This document shows positions 9,447-20,478 of a stretch of DNA of 64,000 nt, in pieces. Position 1 is the stretch's first letter; every line of letters begins with the position of its first letter. Source of the stretch: a virus. Under the pieces are notes generated by a model that had not been told where the DNA came from, searched no databases, and saw only the letters and a list, made by a program, of their open reading frames with translations. The stretch covers positions 32,001 through 96,000 of the IMG/VR virus record IMGVR_UViG_3300029891_000001; one strand, given 5' to 3'. A program made the position numbers and the translations under genes.

Positions 9447-9905
9447 ATGAAAGAAGCAATCTTCGCATCAGAATTTAAAAAATCTCTTTTTCGTTTGAAA
9501 GAAAAATATTGGTATTACAAAATACCAGATACTCATGGAGGATTAAGATTTACTCCGTTAAAGCCATTTGATGCTATATTAGTATATAATAGTATTCCAA
9601 TAGCTATAGAATTCAAACAAATTAAAACTGAATCTCCATTTCCACTAAGTAAACTCCCAGATCATCAAAGAGATAATCTATTGAAATTTGAAAAAAGCGG
9701 TGGGAAAGGGGTAGTTATAATAAATTATAGAATAGAAAGAATATATAATAAATGTTTTTGTTTACCAATATCAGACATTATTCAATTTGGAAAAGAAAGT
9801 AAAAGGAAATCTATACCATTAGAACAATTAAAAAAAGAATGGCTAATATTATCAAAAATCGACGGTAATTGGGACATTTATCCACTATTAACTTTACTGG
9901 GATAA
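9447..9905 (+). CDS. RecU-like Holliday junction resolvase
   Basis: KPFD, AIEFK, LPDHQ..L motifs of the RecU/PD-(D/E)XK family. Confidence 0.7.
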   Translation: MKEAIFASEFKKSLFRLKEKYWYYKIPDTHGGLRFTPLKPFDAILVYNSIPIAIEFKQIKTESPFPLSKLPDHQRDNLLKFEKSGGKGVVIINYRIERIYNKCFCLPISDIIQFGKESKRKSIPLEQLKKEWLILSKIDGNWDIYPLLTLLG

Positions 9906-9906
9906 T

Positions 9907-10926
9907 ATGAATTTATTAACTTTTGTATATCATCAGAATTTATTAAAATCAGAAAACAAAAGAATATTAAATTACATATATTCAAGAGGGATTTCACAAG
10001 AAACTATAAATCATTTTGAAATTGGATATTGTTGTAATGATATTGGAATAAAATATTATGAAAAAAACAATTTTATACAAAAATTTATAGAAGAATGTCC
10101 TTTATTCTTTAAAACGAACGATTATCATGATAAATACAACGGGTATATAACTATCCCAATAAAACATAAGAGTGAAACAGTAAATTTTACTGGAAGAAAA
10201 ATAATACAAAATGATAATTACCCAGATCATAAACATCTTGGGATTCCAATAACTTACGTATTTAATCACAATGCAGTATATAAATCTGATAAAATATTCG
10301 TTACAGAAGGGCCATTTGATTGTATGACTTTACATCAAAATGGATTTTCTGCTGTAGCTACATTGGGATGTTATAACTTATCTAGAAAACTAGTAGAAGA
10401 TTTATCTAACAAAACAGTCTTTATTGTTTTTGATAGCGATGAGAATGAAAGTGGCAAGAATGGAGCTATTAGACTAGCTACGCTATTAAATAAAAATAAT
10501 ATTAAATCTTATATAATATTTCTACCAAGAAAAAATAAAAGTAAAATAGATATAAATGATTATTTCAAAGAAAACAGTATATTCGATTTCGTAGATTTAG
10601 TAAAAAATGCTTTCCCAAGCAAAAAATTCATCAAAGAAGAAAAGAAAAAACTAAAAACACATTGTGAAATCATACAGAAACCCTCTATAATAGATATAGC
10701 ATCTAAATACTTAGATATTCAATATGTTGGGAACAGGGCAAAAGCTATCTGCCCGTTTCATAAAGAATCTAAACCCTCTATGATCTTATATGATACTACT
10801 GAAACATATTTTTGTTTTGGATGTGGGAGATGGGGTGATGCTTATACATTAATTCAAGAATTAGAAAAACAAAAGGGTAATAATCTTAATTTCTTTGAAA
10901 TAAAAAAAATTGTTGATTCTATTTAA
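9907..10926 (+). CDS. DnaG-type DNA primase with C-terminal CHC2 zinc finger
   Basis: Y..SRGI..ETI..FEIGY, FTGR, Toprim EGPFD and FDSD, KIDINDY; CPFHKESKPS...FCFGCG at the C-terminus. Confidence 0.85.
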   Translation: MNLLTFVYHQNLLKSENKRILNYIYSRGISQETINHFEIGYCCNDIGIKYYEKNNFIQKFIEECPLFFKTNDYHDKYNGYITIPIKHKSETVNFTGRKIIQNDNYPDHKHLGIPITYVFNHNAVYKSDKIFVTEGPFDCMTLHQNGFSAVATLGCYNLSRKLVEDLSNKTVFIVFDSDENESGKNGAIRLATLLNKNNIKSYIIFLPRKNKSKIDINDYFKENSIFDFVDLVKNAFPSKKFIKEEKKKLKTHCEIIQKPSIIDIASKYLDIQYVGNRAKAICPFHKESKPSMILYDTTETYFCFGCGRWGDAYTLIQELEKQKGNNLNFFEIKKIVDSI

Positions 10927-11284
10927 AAATTTCCCAATGAGGAAAATCTACGTTAAACCAATTTCCTCCCCATCTTACTTTGATTCCCATCTTAATAGCT
11001 TTCTCAAAAACAAAAGCAGCAAAACGATAAAACCTTTCTAAATCATCCCAATCTATAGGATATGGTACAACATCTACTGCATCAGAAGGTAATTTGTTAT
11101 GATTACTATTTGGCCATCTTAAATGACTTTTACCATTTTCAAACGCTTTATTCTGATCTTCTTCATTTCTAAACCCGCATAAAATAGAACAATCAAAAAT
11201 TTTAATAATTTCATTAAATAAATCTTGTAAATCTTGTGTGCAAGTAGATAAATTATCTTTAGATCTTTTACTAAAATTAGCCAC
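10919..11284 (-). CDS. M15-family peptidase endolysin (L-Ala-D-Glu type); likely GTG start at 11284 (ORF track 11338)
   Basis: FSKRS..NL, CGFR...Q, SNHN..PSDAVDVVPY, RWGGNW..DFPHWE; GGAGG SD before GTG. Confidence 0.9.
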   Translation of the reverse strand: MANFSKRSKDNLSTCTQDLQDLFNEIIKIFDCSILCGFRNEEDQNKAFENGKSHLRWPNSNHNKLPSDAVDVVPYPIDWDDLERFYRFAAFVFEKAIKMGIKVRWGGNWFNVDFPHWEIFK

Positions 11285-14200
11285 CGTAAACACCTCCATC
11301 AATTGATATCCAACGATATGCACCAACTGTTGCTCCATAGTCTATAATATCTAAAGGAGCAGAAGTAGAATAATAAAGACTATCAATAGATATACTATAA
11401 TTTCTAGATTGTTTATTAGAAGAAGCAAATTCCATATAAAATCCAAGGGATTTAGCGTTGTTAAAAAATAGATGATTAATATTCAAATTACAAGTATAAG
11501 TACCAATAATAGCATTCATATTGTATGATCCTAAAGAATTCCACTGTCCTCTGTCAGCAGGATCTCTTACAAAACTAGTAGAAGCTTCTGAAGTACAATA
11601 TAAAGAAAGAGAAACATAACGTCCAAATGAAGTACTATTAGTTACACTAACTTTTAATGTCCCAGAATTAGATAATGATTTCCAAGGCAAAACTGTAGCA
11701 CCTTTTTGTCTAGATATACTATTATAATCCATAAGAAGGCTATCATAATCTTCGACTTGCAATGGTGATGGATCATTAGAAGAATAATACATAGAAAGAG
11801 ATTTTAATGTACATCCACCTTCAGGGTTATCGTTATAAAGTTTAACTCCTATACTTCTAGCATTGTTCCAATCAGAATCAGTAAAATCTCCTATAAAATT
11901 ATAATAATAATCCGTAAGAGGAATACTAACGCTTTTTACTAAATTCCATTGACCTTTATATGGAAAACCAGTACTTGCTTGACTAGTAGCGTATAACTCA
12001 ACTAAAATATCATCTAAAAAATTACTAGTTAGAGAAAATTGCCACATTCCCCAGTCAGTTTTAGAAGAATTTGGCATAATATAACATCCCCAAGCTGTAT
12101 CTTGGCTAGGATCAATTAAGGCTATATATAAATTAGACGCAGAATAATATGGAAGAGGATTAGTGCTGTGCCATCTAAAAAAGTTAGCAACATTCTGCCA
12201 ATCATATTCATTCCATTGATCAGTAAATATTTTATCTATATAAAGATAATCATATGAAAGTGTACCAGATTTTACAATTTGAGCTTTAACGTTAAATCCT
12301 TCTGGGTCAACACTAGAAACTATCATTAAACTTTGAGAATCGGCACTATAAACACTATTATAAGTCTTTAGTTGTGTAGGTAAAATAACTACTAAAGGAG
12401 GAAGAGAATTACCATCCCAGTCTTTATATGGATAATCAAAGGAATTATATCTATTAAATTGAGATTCTCCAGATTCTACATGTTTAGTGAAGTTCCACCC
12501 TGAATTAATTGGTAAACCAGCTTGATGATACCTAAAATAATTCGGAGTCAACACAGCAAAAGAGCTATCTACGGTTTCTCTACCTATAACTAATTTTTTA
12601 CCGCTGCTAGTATTAGAATCTATTCTAATTTCTCCAGCATAAAAACGATTACAAAGTAAAGTATTATAAGTTATAGCAGAACCATCAATAGTACCAGGAG
12701 GAACATTCAAATTAGTAAAAAATTCATTCTCTACAAAATCACTTGCTGAATTCCCCTTTTCTAATTGCCAACAATCAGTAAAATATTTTTTAACAGGAGT
12801 AAAATTAAATAATTTTATATATTTAGTTTTTGCCCATTCGCTAGAACCCAATAAAGAACTTATAGTAGCACTAAATCTTATCCAAGAATTGCCATCTACA
12901 CCTGTTTCTTCTCCTAAATTTGAAAGAGACAAAGTACCATTTTTTAATTCTGAATAATCTTTATTGTATAAATAATATTTAGCATAATTACCATACCCAT
13001 TATCGACATTCGCAGTAGCGCAATAATATGAAAAACAATATTCAGAAGAACTAGAAGTATCATCTAACATAATATAATCTGTAATTACACTTCTTGGGCC
13101 AACACAATAAATAGAATTATTACCCTTAAATTTCTTAACAGAAGATACATGCCCGCCAATAGTATTGGGATTGGCTGAAGAAAAATAAAGAACTTTTCCA
13201 TAAGCAGTATGTTCAAAATTACAATTAAGAATATAATTTTTATTATTATTACGATTAACATTCCCAGTAACTATATACTTAGGTTCACTCATTTCTGATT
13301 CATTATGATTGACATCAAATAAAGTAAGACAATACTTATATCTAGTATTTTCATCTAACCCTGCTTTGTCAACAATCTCTATAGGCCCTTCTATGTCACT
13401 ATTCTGTTTATATTTATCACCGATATTTATGTATGTATCTTTAGTAAAAGATTCTGTAGTTGACATATAACTTTTAGTAGCTAAATAATCTTTATATACA
13501 TCTTCTGGAGTCCAAGTAGATTTTTCTATCCTAATTTGACTTATAGAACCGTTACATACGTCTCCAACTAAATGATTAGAACCAATATGTAATCTATCGG
13601 CTCTACAAGATACTCCAGTAGCAGTACCTTTTAATTCACCATTAATATACAAAGACATTTCAACTTCATTCCAAGCAGCACATAAATGAAACGGCTCTAA
13701 TGCAGAATAAGCAGTATAATGACGAACAGTCTTATCTCTCACACCTTGTTTACATCTTCTATAAGCAAAAGAAGTAGTAGATTGAAGATATGCTAAATAT
13801 TGAAATTGTAATTGACCAATACCAGAAGCAGAAGCATACCATATAACCCTATTGCTAGTCTCTTTCTCGTGAGAATCTTGTAATGGTGAATACCACAATC
13901 TTACAGTTCCAACAACAGAACTTATTATATCGTCTTCAACATCATAATATCTTATAGACTGTCTCGATCTTGGTAACGCACTAGGATAATATTCAAATTG
14001 AACAAAAGGAGTATAATTAGACGTTGATTCTAATTGAACTCCATCTATATAACATCTTCCATAATAACTGCTGTCAAATCCCAAATATACATCACAACTA
14101 GTCTGGGCATCGTTAGTAAATCTTATATTTCTATAATATCTTCTCCATTTATCAGTTAAATTAAATGATTCTGCAAAAGAAGTAATACCATCACTCAATA

Positions 14201-16259
14201 TAGTATTGATAACTTCATTCCCAGATTCTCCTCTAGCAAAGAAAGATAATCCCCAAGCAGTATCACCACCAGTTGTAAATATTGCATCTCCAGCTTTAGA
14301 AAAACTAGATTGCTTTATGTATTGTGAAGTGCTTATATCTAAACAATCTATTAAATAGACATATTTGTTATAAATAGCATCTGAAGTTTCTAAACAGCTC
14401 CAAGTACTTCCATATACTAATCCATTATCTATCCACCCAATATGAGGACTAGAAAAATCTCCCCATTGTAAATAATTTTTACCATAATCACAAATAGAAT
14501 ACCCTGAACTATATTTATTTAATTTATAATTAGTCGGTGTCGGTGTCCCAATCATTTCATCGGAATAAATATCTCCATAACTTTTTGAACTTCCATAAAA
14601 TTGAGCATCAAAAGTCGTATATGGTGTTATTTTTTTCATTGAAGAAGAAGTAGTAAGAACAACCAACTCTCTTGATGCAGAAGTATGAAACCAATCATAT
14701 TCCCTATATTTTCCAAAAGAAACACCATCTATAAAACGAGTAGTAGCTCTTTTATTATAGTAAGTAGCTTCTGAAGAACTACTTAAATAAAATCTAACTT
14801 TAAAACTACAAGCAGTATCTGGTAAATATGGGCCATAAGAAATAGCCGTATCCCAAAAAAATATCATAGTTTCTTTTTGCCAAGTTGGATAAACAGTAGA
14901 TTCTGGGTAATTTCCTTTAAATGTTTGTAATACATTGTCTGAAGTATCATAAAAAATAACTTCATATAAACCACTAGTAGCACCAGATATTTTTTTAGTA
15001 TAAAAGCTAAAAGCATATGCAGAAGAAGTAGATAAAGAATATTTTTTACTCTCAATATAGAAACTCTTAGGGGTACTGCTCTCTGCACATGTCATTTTTA
15101 ATGATTGCCCATTAAATAAAGAATCTCCTGCATATGGGTAAGCAGAACATTTATACCTCGTTGAATTTATATAATCTCCGCCAGCACTAGAAAGAACTGT
15201 CCAATCGCTTAAATTAGATCCACTATACCAACTAAAATCGCCATTATCTATCATATTACCAGGTAATATAAAAGATCCAGCTATACAATAATCTTTATCT
15301 GATCTTATCTTAGTCCCTGTTGGGAACAATCCCCTGCTTATATTATCAACGATAAAAGCATTATTAGCATGATAAGTATCTATAACACTCGTTACATTAG
15401 CATTAACAGATTCGGCAGTAGCTCTATAAATAGATATACCTCTCCAAGCTTCACTCTTGGGGAGATTTATATACAAATTGTTTTCTATATTTTTAGTAAC
15501 TTGGTTTATAGAAGTCGTAATTGGAGTACTGTACCATTGTGGTTTATCTAAAATTATTCCAGTCCAAGTTCTAGCATTCATATTTGTAGCAATTTTAGCA
15601 TATCCACCACTTTCTTGCCTATAAATCAATATATAAATTATTGCTCCATATTCAGATAATCTAGATGGAATATTCCATATCCCATCAAACGAAGTTTCTC
15701 CATTAGTCTGATATACTAAAGATGGAGTTTCAGATAATTGTATATTACCACTATCTATTATATTCCAATTTTTAGCCCATATTGCTAAACTACAATGTGA
15801 AGCTAACTCCAAATTAAAATCAAATCTAACACCTGGCTGATTCGGATTTATATTAATAACATAACAAACATTAGAAAAACTAGGCCAACCACCATCTAAT
15901 AATATCCCTGATTCATTACTATCTACAACGTAATGTTGAATACCAGAAGTACCCATAAAATCCCAAAAATAATTGGGGCTATTAATATCCATACTTAAAA
16001 CATAATATGGATATCCAACTGGGCCATTTTGTCTATGAAAAGTATAATTGTATTTATCCCAAGATATTTTATTGCCAACATTGGGAGTCTGCCCTGTTAT
16101 ATCAGCCCCACCAGTTCTTTTGTGTTGCTCATAATTGACAAAGCCTCCCATTCTGTTTATTTCTGCTAATTTGGGAGTACTTCTAGTTTGTTTGGATATT
16201 TGTTGTCTTATTTTATTATACATATATTTCTCACTATTAAGACGGATATCCCCCACCAA
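11277..16259 (-). CDS. Large tail-tip/receptor-binding protein with CBM-like, LamG/concanavalin-like and Fn3-like domains
   Basis: NMIDNGDFS, YIDGVQLE, WQLEKG motifs; LamG-like HLCAAWN..SLYINGEL..LHIGS; last gene of the tail module. Confidence 0.7.
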   Translation of the reverse strand: MVGDIRLNSEKYMYNKIRQQISKQTRSTPKLAEINRMGGFVNYEQHKRTGGADITGQTPNVGNKISWDKYNYTFHRQNGPVGYPYYVLSMDINSPNYFWDFMGTSGIQHYVVDSNESGILLDGGWPSFSNVCYVININPNQPGVRFDFNLELASHCSLAIWAKNWNIIDSGNIQLSETPSLVYQTNGETSFDGIWNIPSRLSEYGAIIYILIYRQESGGYAKIATNMNARTWTGIILDKPQWYSTPITTSINQVTKNIENNLYINLPKSEAWRGISIYRATAESVNANVTSVIDTYHANNAFIVDNISRGLFPTGTKIRSDKDYCIAGSFILPGNMIDNGDFSWYSGSNLSDWTVLSSAGGDYINSTRYKCSAYPYAGDSLFNGQSLKMTCAESSTPKSFYIESKKYSLSTSSAYAFSFYTKKISGATSGLYEVIFYDTSDNVLQTFKGNYPESTVYPTWQKETMIFFWDTAISYGPYLPDTACSFKVRFYLSSSSEATYYNKRATTRFIDGVSFGKYREYDWFHTSASRELVVLTTSSSMKKITPYTTFDAQFYGSSKSYGDIYSDEMIGTPTPTNYKLNKYSSGYSICDYGKNYLQWGDFSSPHIGWIDNGLVYGSTWSCLETSDAIYNKYVYLIDCLDISTSQYIKQSSFSKAGDAIFTTGGDTAWGLSFFARGESGNEVINTILSDGITSFAESFNLTDKWRRYYRNIRFTNDAQTSCDVYLGFDSSYYGRCYIDGVQLESTSNYTPFVQFEYYPSALPRSRQSIRYYDVEDDIISSVVGTVRLWYSPLQDSHEKETSNRVIWYASASGIGQLQFQYLAYLQSTTSFAYRRCKQGVRDKTVRHYTAYSALEPFHLCAAWNEVEMSLYINGELKGTATGVSCRADRLHIGSNHLVGDVCNGSISQIRIEKSTWTPEDVYKDYLATKSYMSTTESFTKDTYINIGDKYKQNSDIEGPIEIVDKAGLDENTRYKYCLTLFDVNHNESEMSEPKYIVTGNVNRNNNKNYILNCNFEHTAYGKVLYFSSANPNTIGGHVSSVKKFKGNNSIYCVGPRSVITDYIMLDDTSSSSEYCFSYYCATANVDNGYGNYAKYYLYNKDYSELKNGTLSLSNLGEETGVDGNSWIRFSATISSLLGSSEWAKTKYIKLFNFTPVKKYFTDCWQLEKGNSASDFVENEFFTNLNVPPGTIDGSAITYNTLLCNRFYAGEIRIDSNTSSGKKLVIGRETVDSSFAVLTPNYFRYHQAGLPINSGWNFTKHVESGESQFNRYNSFDYPYKDWDGNSLPPLVVILPTQLKTYNSVYSADSQSLMIVSSVDPEGFNVKAQIVKSGTLSYDYLYIDKIFTDQWNEYDWQNVANFFRWHSTNPLPYYSASNLYIALIDPSQDTAWGCYIMPNSSKTDWGMWQFSLTSNFLDDILVELYATSQASTGFPYKGQWNLVKSVSIPLTDYYYNFIGDFTDSDWNNARSIGVKLYNDNPEGGCTLKSLSMYYSSNDPSPLQVEDYDSLLMDYNSISRQKGATVLPWKSLSNSGTLKVSVTNSTSFGRYVSLSLYCTSEASTSFVRDPADRGQWNSLGSYNMNAIIGTYTCNLNINHLFFNNAKSLGFYMEFASSNKQSRNYSISIDSLYYSTSAPLDIIDYGATVGAYRWISIDGGVYGG

Positions 16260-19200
16260 AAATGAATAACATTCTTGGGAAAGAAGGATTACTTATTGTA
16301 AAAGTTTTAGTATTCCCATATTGTTTCTCCATTTCTAACCCCACTAAATGCCAATCCCAATTATTTCCTGGATAATAATCAATAGTTACATTTCCATATT
16401 TTGTTTTCCAAAGAGAGGGACGAGCTATATTACCAGAACCAACTACCATTTCATCCCACCAATGAACATAACATTTTCTAAAATCCATTTCTACTTGCAA
16501 ACTACCATCATCTGGTTTATTGGAATGTGTAAGCTCCCATCTACCAACTAATCTAATAACATTAGGATCTCCCTTTTTTTCTTGACCCTCCATCCATTCA
16601 TAAACACCATGATTTTCTGGACCAGTACCATAAACTTGACCATTTGGGATAGATTGTCCAAAAGCTGTTTTTCTTTTAAGATATTTGTTAGTTTGTGCCA
16701 TTGGTCTTCCACTTCTATCTACAAATTCACCACTAAACAATATTATGGGGCAAACTAATAATCTCCCGTTATTATTCGCACCACTACCATATTCTTCAAT
16801 CCAAGTTCTAAGGATATTTGATGGAACAAAATTAAGAATATTACCACCTTTTCTAGTCGCTTTTAAATTAAAATAAAAACTCTTTGGATTTTTGAAATTC
16901 ATATACGAATTTTCTAAATTAGCGAATAACCAATCATTATTGTCATATATTTCTACATATTTAACTACGTTATTTTTATTTACAATCCCAGCATAAGTTA
17001 AAATATGATATTTAATATTGGGAGCTACATATCTGTATAAATCGCCATCTTGTGTACTTCCAACAGTATTATCTTTTATCCAAAATTTAAGTCCTTGATA
17101 ATTATTAGCACTATTATGAATATAAGAAGGGTTATAATACATAAGATTTCTACTAACACCATCTTGTATGACAATACCACGTGCTGTATCTGCTGGATAA
17201 GTAGTTGCTCCAGTTACAGTAGAAGTAAAAGTAGCCCATCTTTTCATCCCAGCAGTATCTAACCAAAAATCAATTTCACTTACAGGCCCTCTTCTAGTAT
17301 AAATATATTTTTCATGTGGATAGGCTAAACTATATGGTTGATCAGATCTATAAGTAAAATCTATTTTTGGACTAATAACATCAATTTCTACATAAAACTT
17401 ACCAAATTCTAAACTTCTATTAGAATTAGTCTCATTTAATTTCATATTCTCTACAACATAATTTCCACCCATAATATCAAAATTAGAAACATAATTATTA
17501 TATGCTCCAATTTGATCAAAAGCTCCCCAAGTATATCTTTTACCAGCTCCCCAAGTCATTTTGTCAAATCCCCAATCAGGATATCCATCTTTGCTTATTC
17601 CAGTTAAAGTATCTACATGCATCGACCCTAACAACTTAACACCGCTACTGTCATTTTCTGATTTAACAGAAAATATTCTTATTTGAATATCACCACTTAC
17701 AAGACAATCAAATTCTATTACAGGAGAAACATTCATAGATTCTTGAGTATATGGATCATAAGCTAAATTAACTAATTCATTAAAATACGCTTCTGTAGTA
17801 TGTGAAGTATAAATACCTCTAATTAAATCAGCCACATACCAACCAGCTGCAGAAGAATATTTTATTATTTCCCCATTTATCATTTTCAAATATCCCTTAG
17901 GTGGAATATGATAAGATAAATTATCTCTAAAAGTAATATTATTAGTTTCTGTTTTAGATAAATCCAATGATAAACTAGTAATCGCTCCGTTATAATATAA
18001 CTTAAAATTCTGAATTGGATGATTATCATATTCACTTAAATCAGGGCTTGGCTTCTTCCAAAAAGCATTTACTGGTTTTACTGGAGAAGTAGATATTTTA
18101 CTTATAAAATTTTTACTGTCGAAAGTATTCGTAATATCAGTAATCCATACATAATTAGTTGTATTTACAACATTTTTAGCATCATCATTAACAGAAATAC
18201 AATCGTCAATTTCTATTTTTGGATGTCCAGCAATAGAGAAATCTAAACTTTTATTTGGATTATTATATTCGCTTATAACATTGTAAGAAACAAAATCTGC
18301 ATGTTCTTGAGAGTTTATAGATGGATCAAATATCAAAGTCATTCTTGGGTGACCAATATAATTAATAGAAGTTGGCTTATAAACACTATTCAAATCTCTA
18401 GAAGAAGATTGAATATATTGATATATAGGGTTATTGGGATTAACAACATCTTTTTGATAAGCTTCTCCCCTTCCCATTTTAGTCCCAGTTCTAGACCCTA
18501 AAACTACACAATCGCTTCTTTGATCGTCTATTTGTAAACCAACTTGCAAATCTAAAATGCTACCAGAAGTATGAACATCGCCAGTATAAAAAGACTCTGA
18601 AGGATGTGAATAATCTTCATCATAAACGATAACTCCGTCTAATGCAATCGGATAATTATAATTAACAGTTCTAATTCTCAATCTATAATCGTCATATCTT
18701 AATCCATATAAAGTTATAACACTTGGGTTTAAATTTATAGAAGGATCTATTCCTTTATAATAAGACCAAGTAGTACTATTATATAAAGAATAATCACCAT
18801 AATTAAATTCTACATCATTATGTCTTAAACTTATATTAACAGTCTCAGTGCCATCTGAACTCCCATATACTGGCCCTACTCTAAATAAAATATCCATCTT
18901 TTTACCAGTTACATCAGCAGAAGCCAAACACAACCCTCCAGCAGGAGCTAAATTATAAGTACCAACAAAACAATGAATATTAGTTTTTTTATCCCAAGCT
19001 CCAGAAGCACAAGCAGTATCGAAATCCCTGTCATTTACATAGGAATATGGGACATCAATTCCATATAGAAATGGATGCGCATTTTCATCAAATCCCCACT
19101 TATAATACCAAGATTTCATTAAATTATCTATTGCATCTTTGTAATATTCCCCAGTATCTATTTTGTATAAATATTCATCATCTGCTTTAGCTTCATCTCC

Positions 19201-20478
19201 CAAAATAATATTTGGATTACCATAATAGTCTTTAGTATCTAACCAATCATCTACAAAAGAATTTATATTTTCAATTTTATAATTTCCAATTATTTTATCA
19301 TAATGATACCCGCTATGAATTTTCCTCTGATAAAAAGTGAATGGATCAATAAAAGAATTTGTCAATAATACTAAATAAGCTTTATATAATTCCCAACCAT
19401 CAAAAGCTCTTGGTTTACTTACTCCATTAACTCTATATTTTACTTCTGTTAAATATCCAGCTTGAATATAATCTAGCGGAGTTGGAGAAACTAAATTAAT
19501 AGAGTCTTTAGTAAAAACACTATAATCTACACAAGTAATCTGTAATATATCTTTTCCGTCTTTAGAATACTTTATATTAAAATCTCTAATTTGCCCAGTA
19601 AATCTTTTTATATATTGATATACACCAGAAGAATTTTTATAACCTTCAGAATATTCTATCATACGATATTTTTTAATTTGCATATCATTAGAAATATTCT
19701 GAAATAGTTCGTTATTTTCATCATAAAAATATCCATTATATGAATAAGGATCACTAGAACTAACTAATGGAACTTCAAAAGTAAATGTAGATTCATAATT
19801 AGAATTAATACTTAATTGTGTTTTTCCAATTCCCAGAACAGTAGATAAAGAAATTGGTAAATTACCATTTCCAGGATTCCCTGTAGATAAAACTGCTGCT
19901 GAAAGAGGAATCTTTTCTGGGGTTACATTCATATCATCAGTTTGCCAAAAAGATATTATCCCTGAATTATATCCATTTAATTGTCTAGATTTATATTTTA
20001 ATTCAAATGAATACCAATTACCACTAGTAAAAGCTATACCAGAATAAGAAGAAGCATAATCAGTATCACTAAGACTAAGATATTTTTCGCTAGTTAAAAA
20101 AGATACACCATTAATCTTAAACTCTGAAACAATTCCCTCTCCCCCGAAATAGAAATCGTATTTAGAAGTATAAGGAGCTCTAAAAAATCCACTAAATTTA
20201 ACTCCCCAATCTTCTACTGCATTTTCGCTAACAAAAGTATCTGGTACACCTTCTCCATACCAGAACTTTATTATCGGGACAACTCCCTCATAAGCAGTAT
20301 CAATCCAGTTTTCAGAATCTACATACCAAGTAGCATTACATCCATTACTTAAAACATTTGTTACTGTATCTGCATATTTTACACAAACAGTCGGAGTAGG
20401 ATATTTATAAAAATACGGTTGTCTTCCCTCTACTGTCGCAAAAAGGGCTTGGTCTGGTACGCTTAATCTTTCTATCAT
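16237..20478 (-). CDS. Tail hub/central tail protein with N-terminal PA14-like domain
   Basis: WGVKFSGFFRAPYTSKYDFYF (PA14-like); hub-like FTGQIRD..ITCVD and AGHPKIEIDDCISV; position after distal tail genes. Confidence 0.65.
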   Translation of the reverse strand: MIERLSVPDQALFATVEGRQPYFYKYPTPTVCVKYADTVTNVLSNGCNATWYVDSENWIDTAYEGVVPIIKFWYGEGVPDTFVSENAVEDWGVKFSGFFRAPYTSKYDFYFGGEGIVSEFKINGVSFLTSEKYLSLSDTDYASSYSGIAFTSGNWYSFELKYKSRQLNGYNSGIISFWQTDDMNVTPEKIPLSAAVLSTGNPGNGNLPISLSTVLGIGKTQLSINSNYESTFTFEVPLVSSSDPYSYNGYFYDENNELFQNISNDMQIKKYRMIEYSEGYKNSSGVYQYIKRFTGQIRDFNIKYSKDGKDILQITCVDYSVFTKDSINLVSPTPLDYIQAGYLTEVKYRVNGVSKPRAFDGWELYKAYLVLLTNSFIDPFTFYQRKIHSGYHYDKIIGNYKIENINSFVDDWLDTKDYYGNPNIILGDEAKADDEYLYKIDTGEYYKDAIDNLMKSWYYKWGFDENAHPFLYGIDVPYSYVNDRDFDTACASGAWDKKTNIHCFVGTYNLAPAGGLCLASADVTGKKMDILFRVGPVYGSSDGTETVNISLRHNDVEFNYGDYSLYNSTTWSYYKGIDPSINLNPSVITLYGLRYDDYRLRIRTVNYNYPIALDGVIVYDEDYSHPSESFYTGDVHTSGSILDLQVGLQIDDQRSDCVVLGSRTGTKMGRGEAYQKDVVNPNNPIYQYIQSSSRDLNSVYKPTSINYIGHPRMTLIFDPSINSQEHADFVSYNVISEYNNPNKSLDFSIAGHPKIEIDDCISVNDDAKNVVNTTNYVWITDITNTFDSKNFISKISTSPVKPVNAFWKKPSPDLSEYDNHPIQNFKLYYNGAITSLSLDLSKTETNNITFRDNLSYHIPPKGYLKMINGEIIKYSSAAGWYVADLIRGIYTSHTTEAYFNELVNLAYDPYTQESMNVSPVIEFDCLVSGDIQIRIFSVKSENDSSGVKLLGSMHVDTLTGISKDGYPDWGFDKMTWGAGKRYTWGAFDQIGAYNNYVSNFDIMGGNYVVENMKLNETNSNRSLEFGKFYVEIDVISPKIDFTYRSDQPYSLAYPHEKYIYTRRGPVSEIDFWLDTAGMKRWATFTSTVTGATTYPADTARGIVIQDGVSRNLMYYNPSYIHNSANNYQGLKFWIKDNTVGSTQDGDLYRYVAPNIKYHILTYAGIVNKNNVVKYVEIYDNNDWLFANLENSYMNFKNPKSFYFNLKATRKGGNILNFVPSNILRTWIEEYGSGANNNGRLLVCPIILFSGEFVDRSGRPMAQTNKYLKRKTAFGQSIPNGQVYGTGPENHGVYEWMEGQEKKGDPNVIRLVGRWELTHSNKPDDGSLQVEMDFRKCYVHWWDEMVVGSGNIARPSLWKTKYGNVTIDYYPGNNWDWHLVGLEMEKQYGNTKTFTISNPSFPRMLFIFGGGYPS

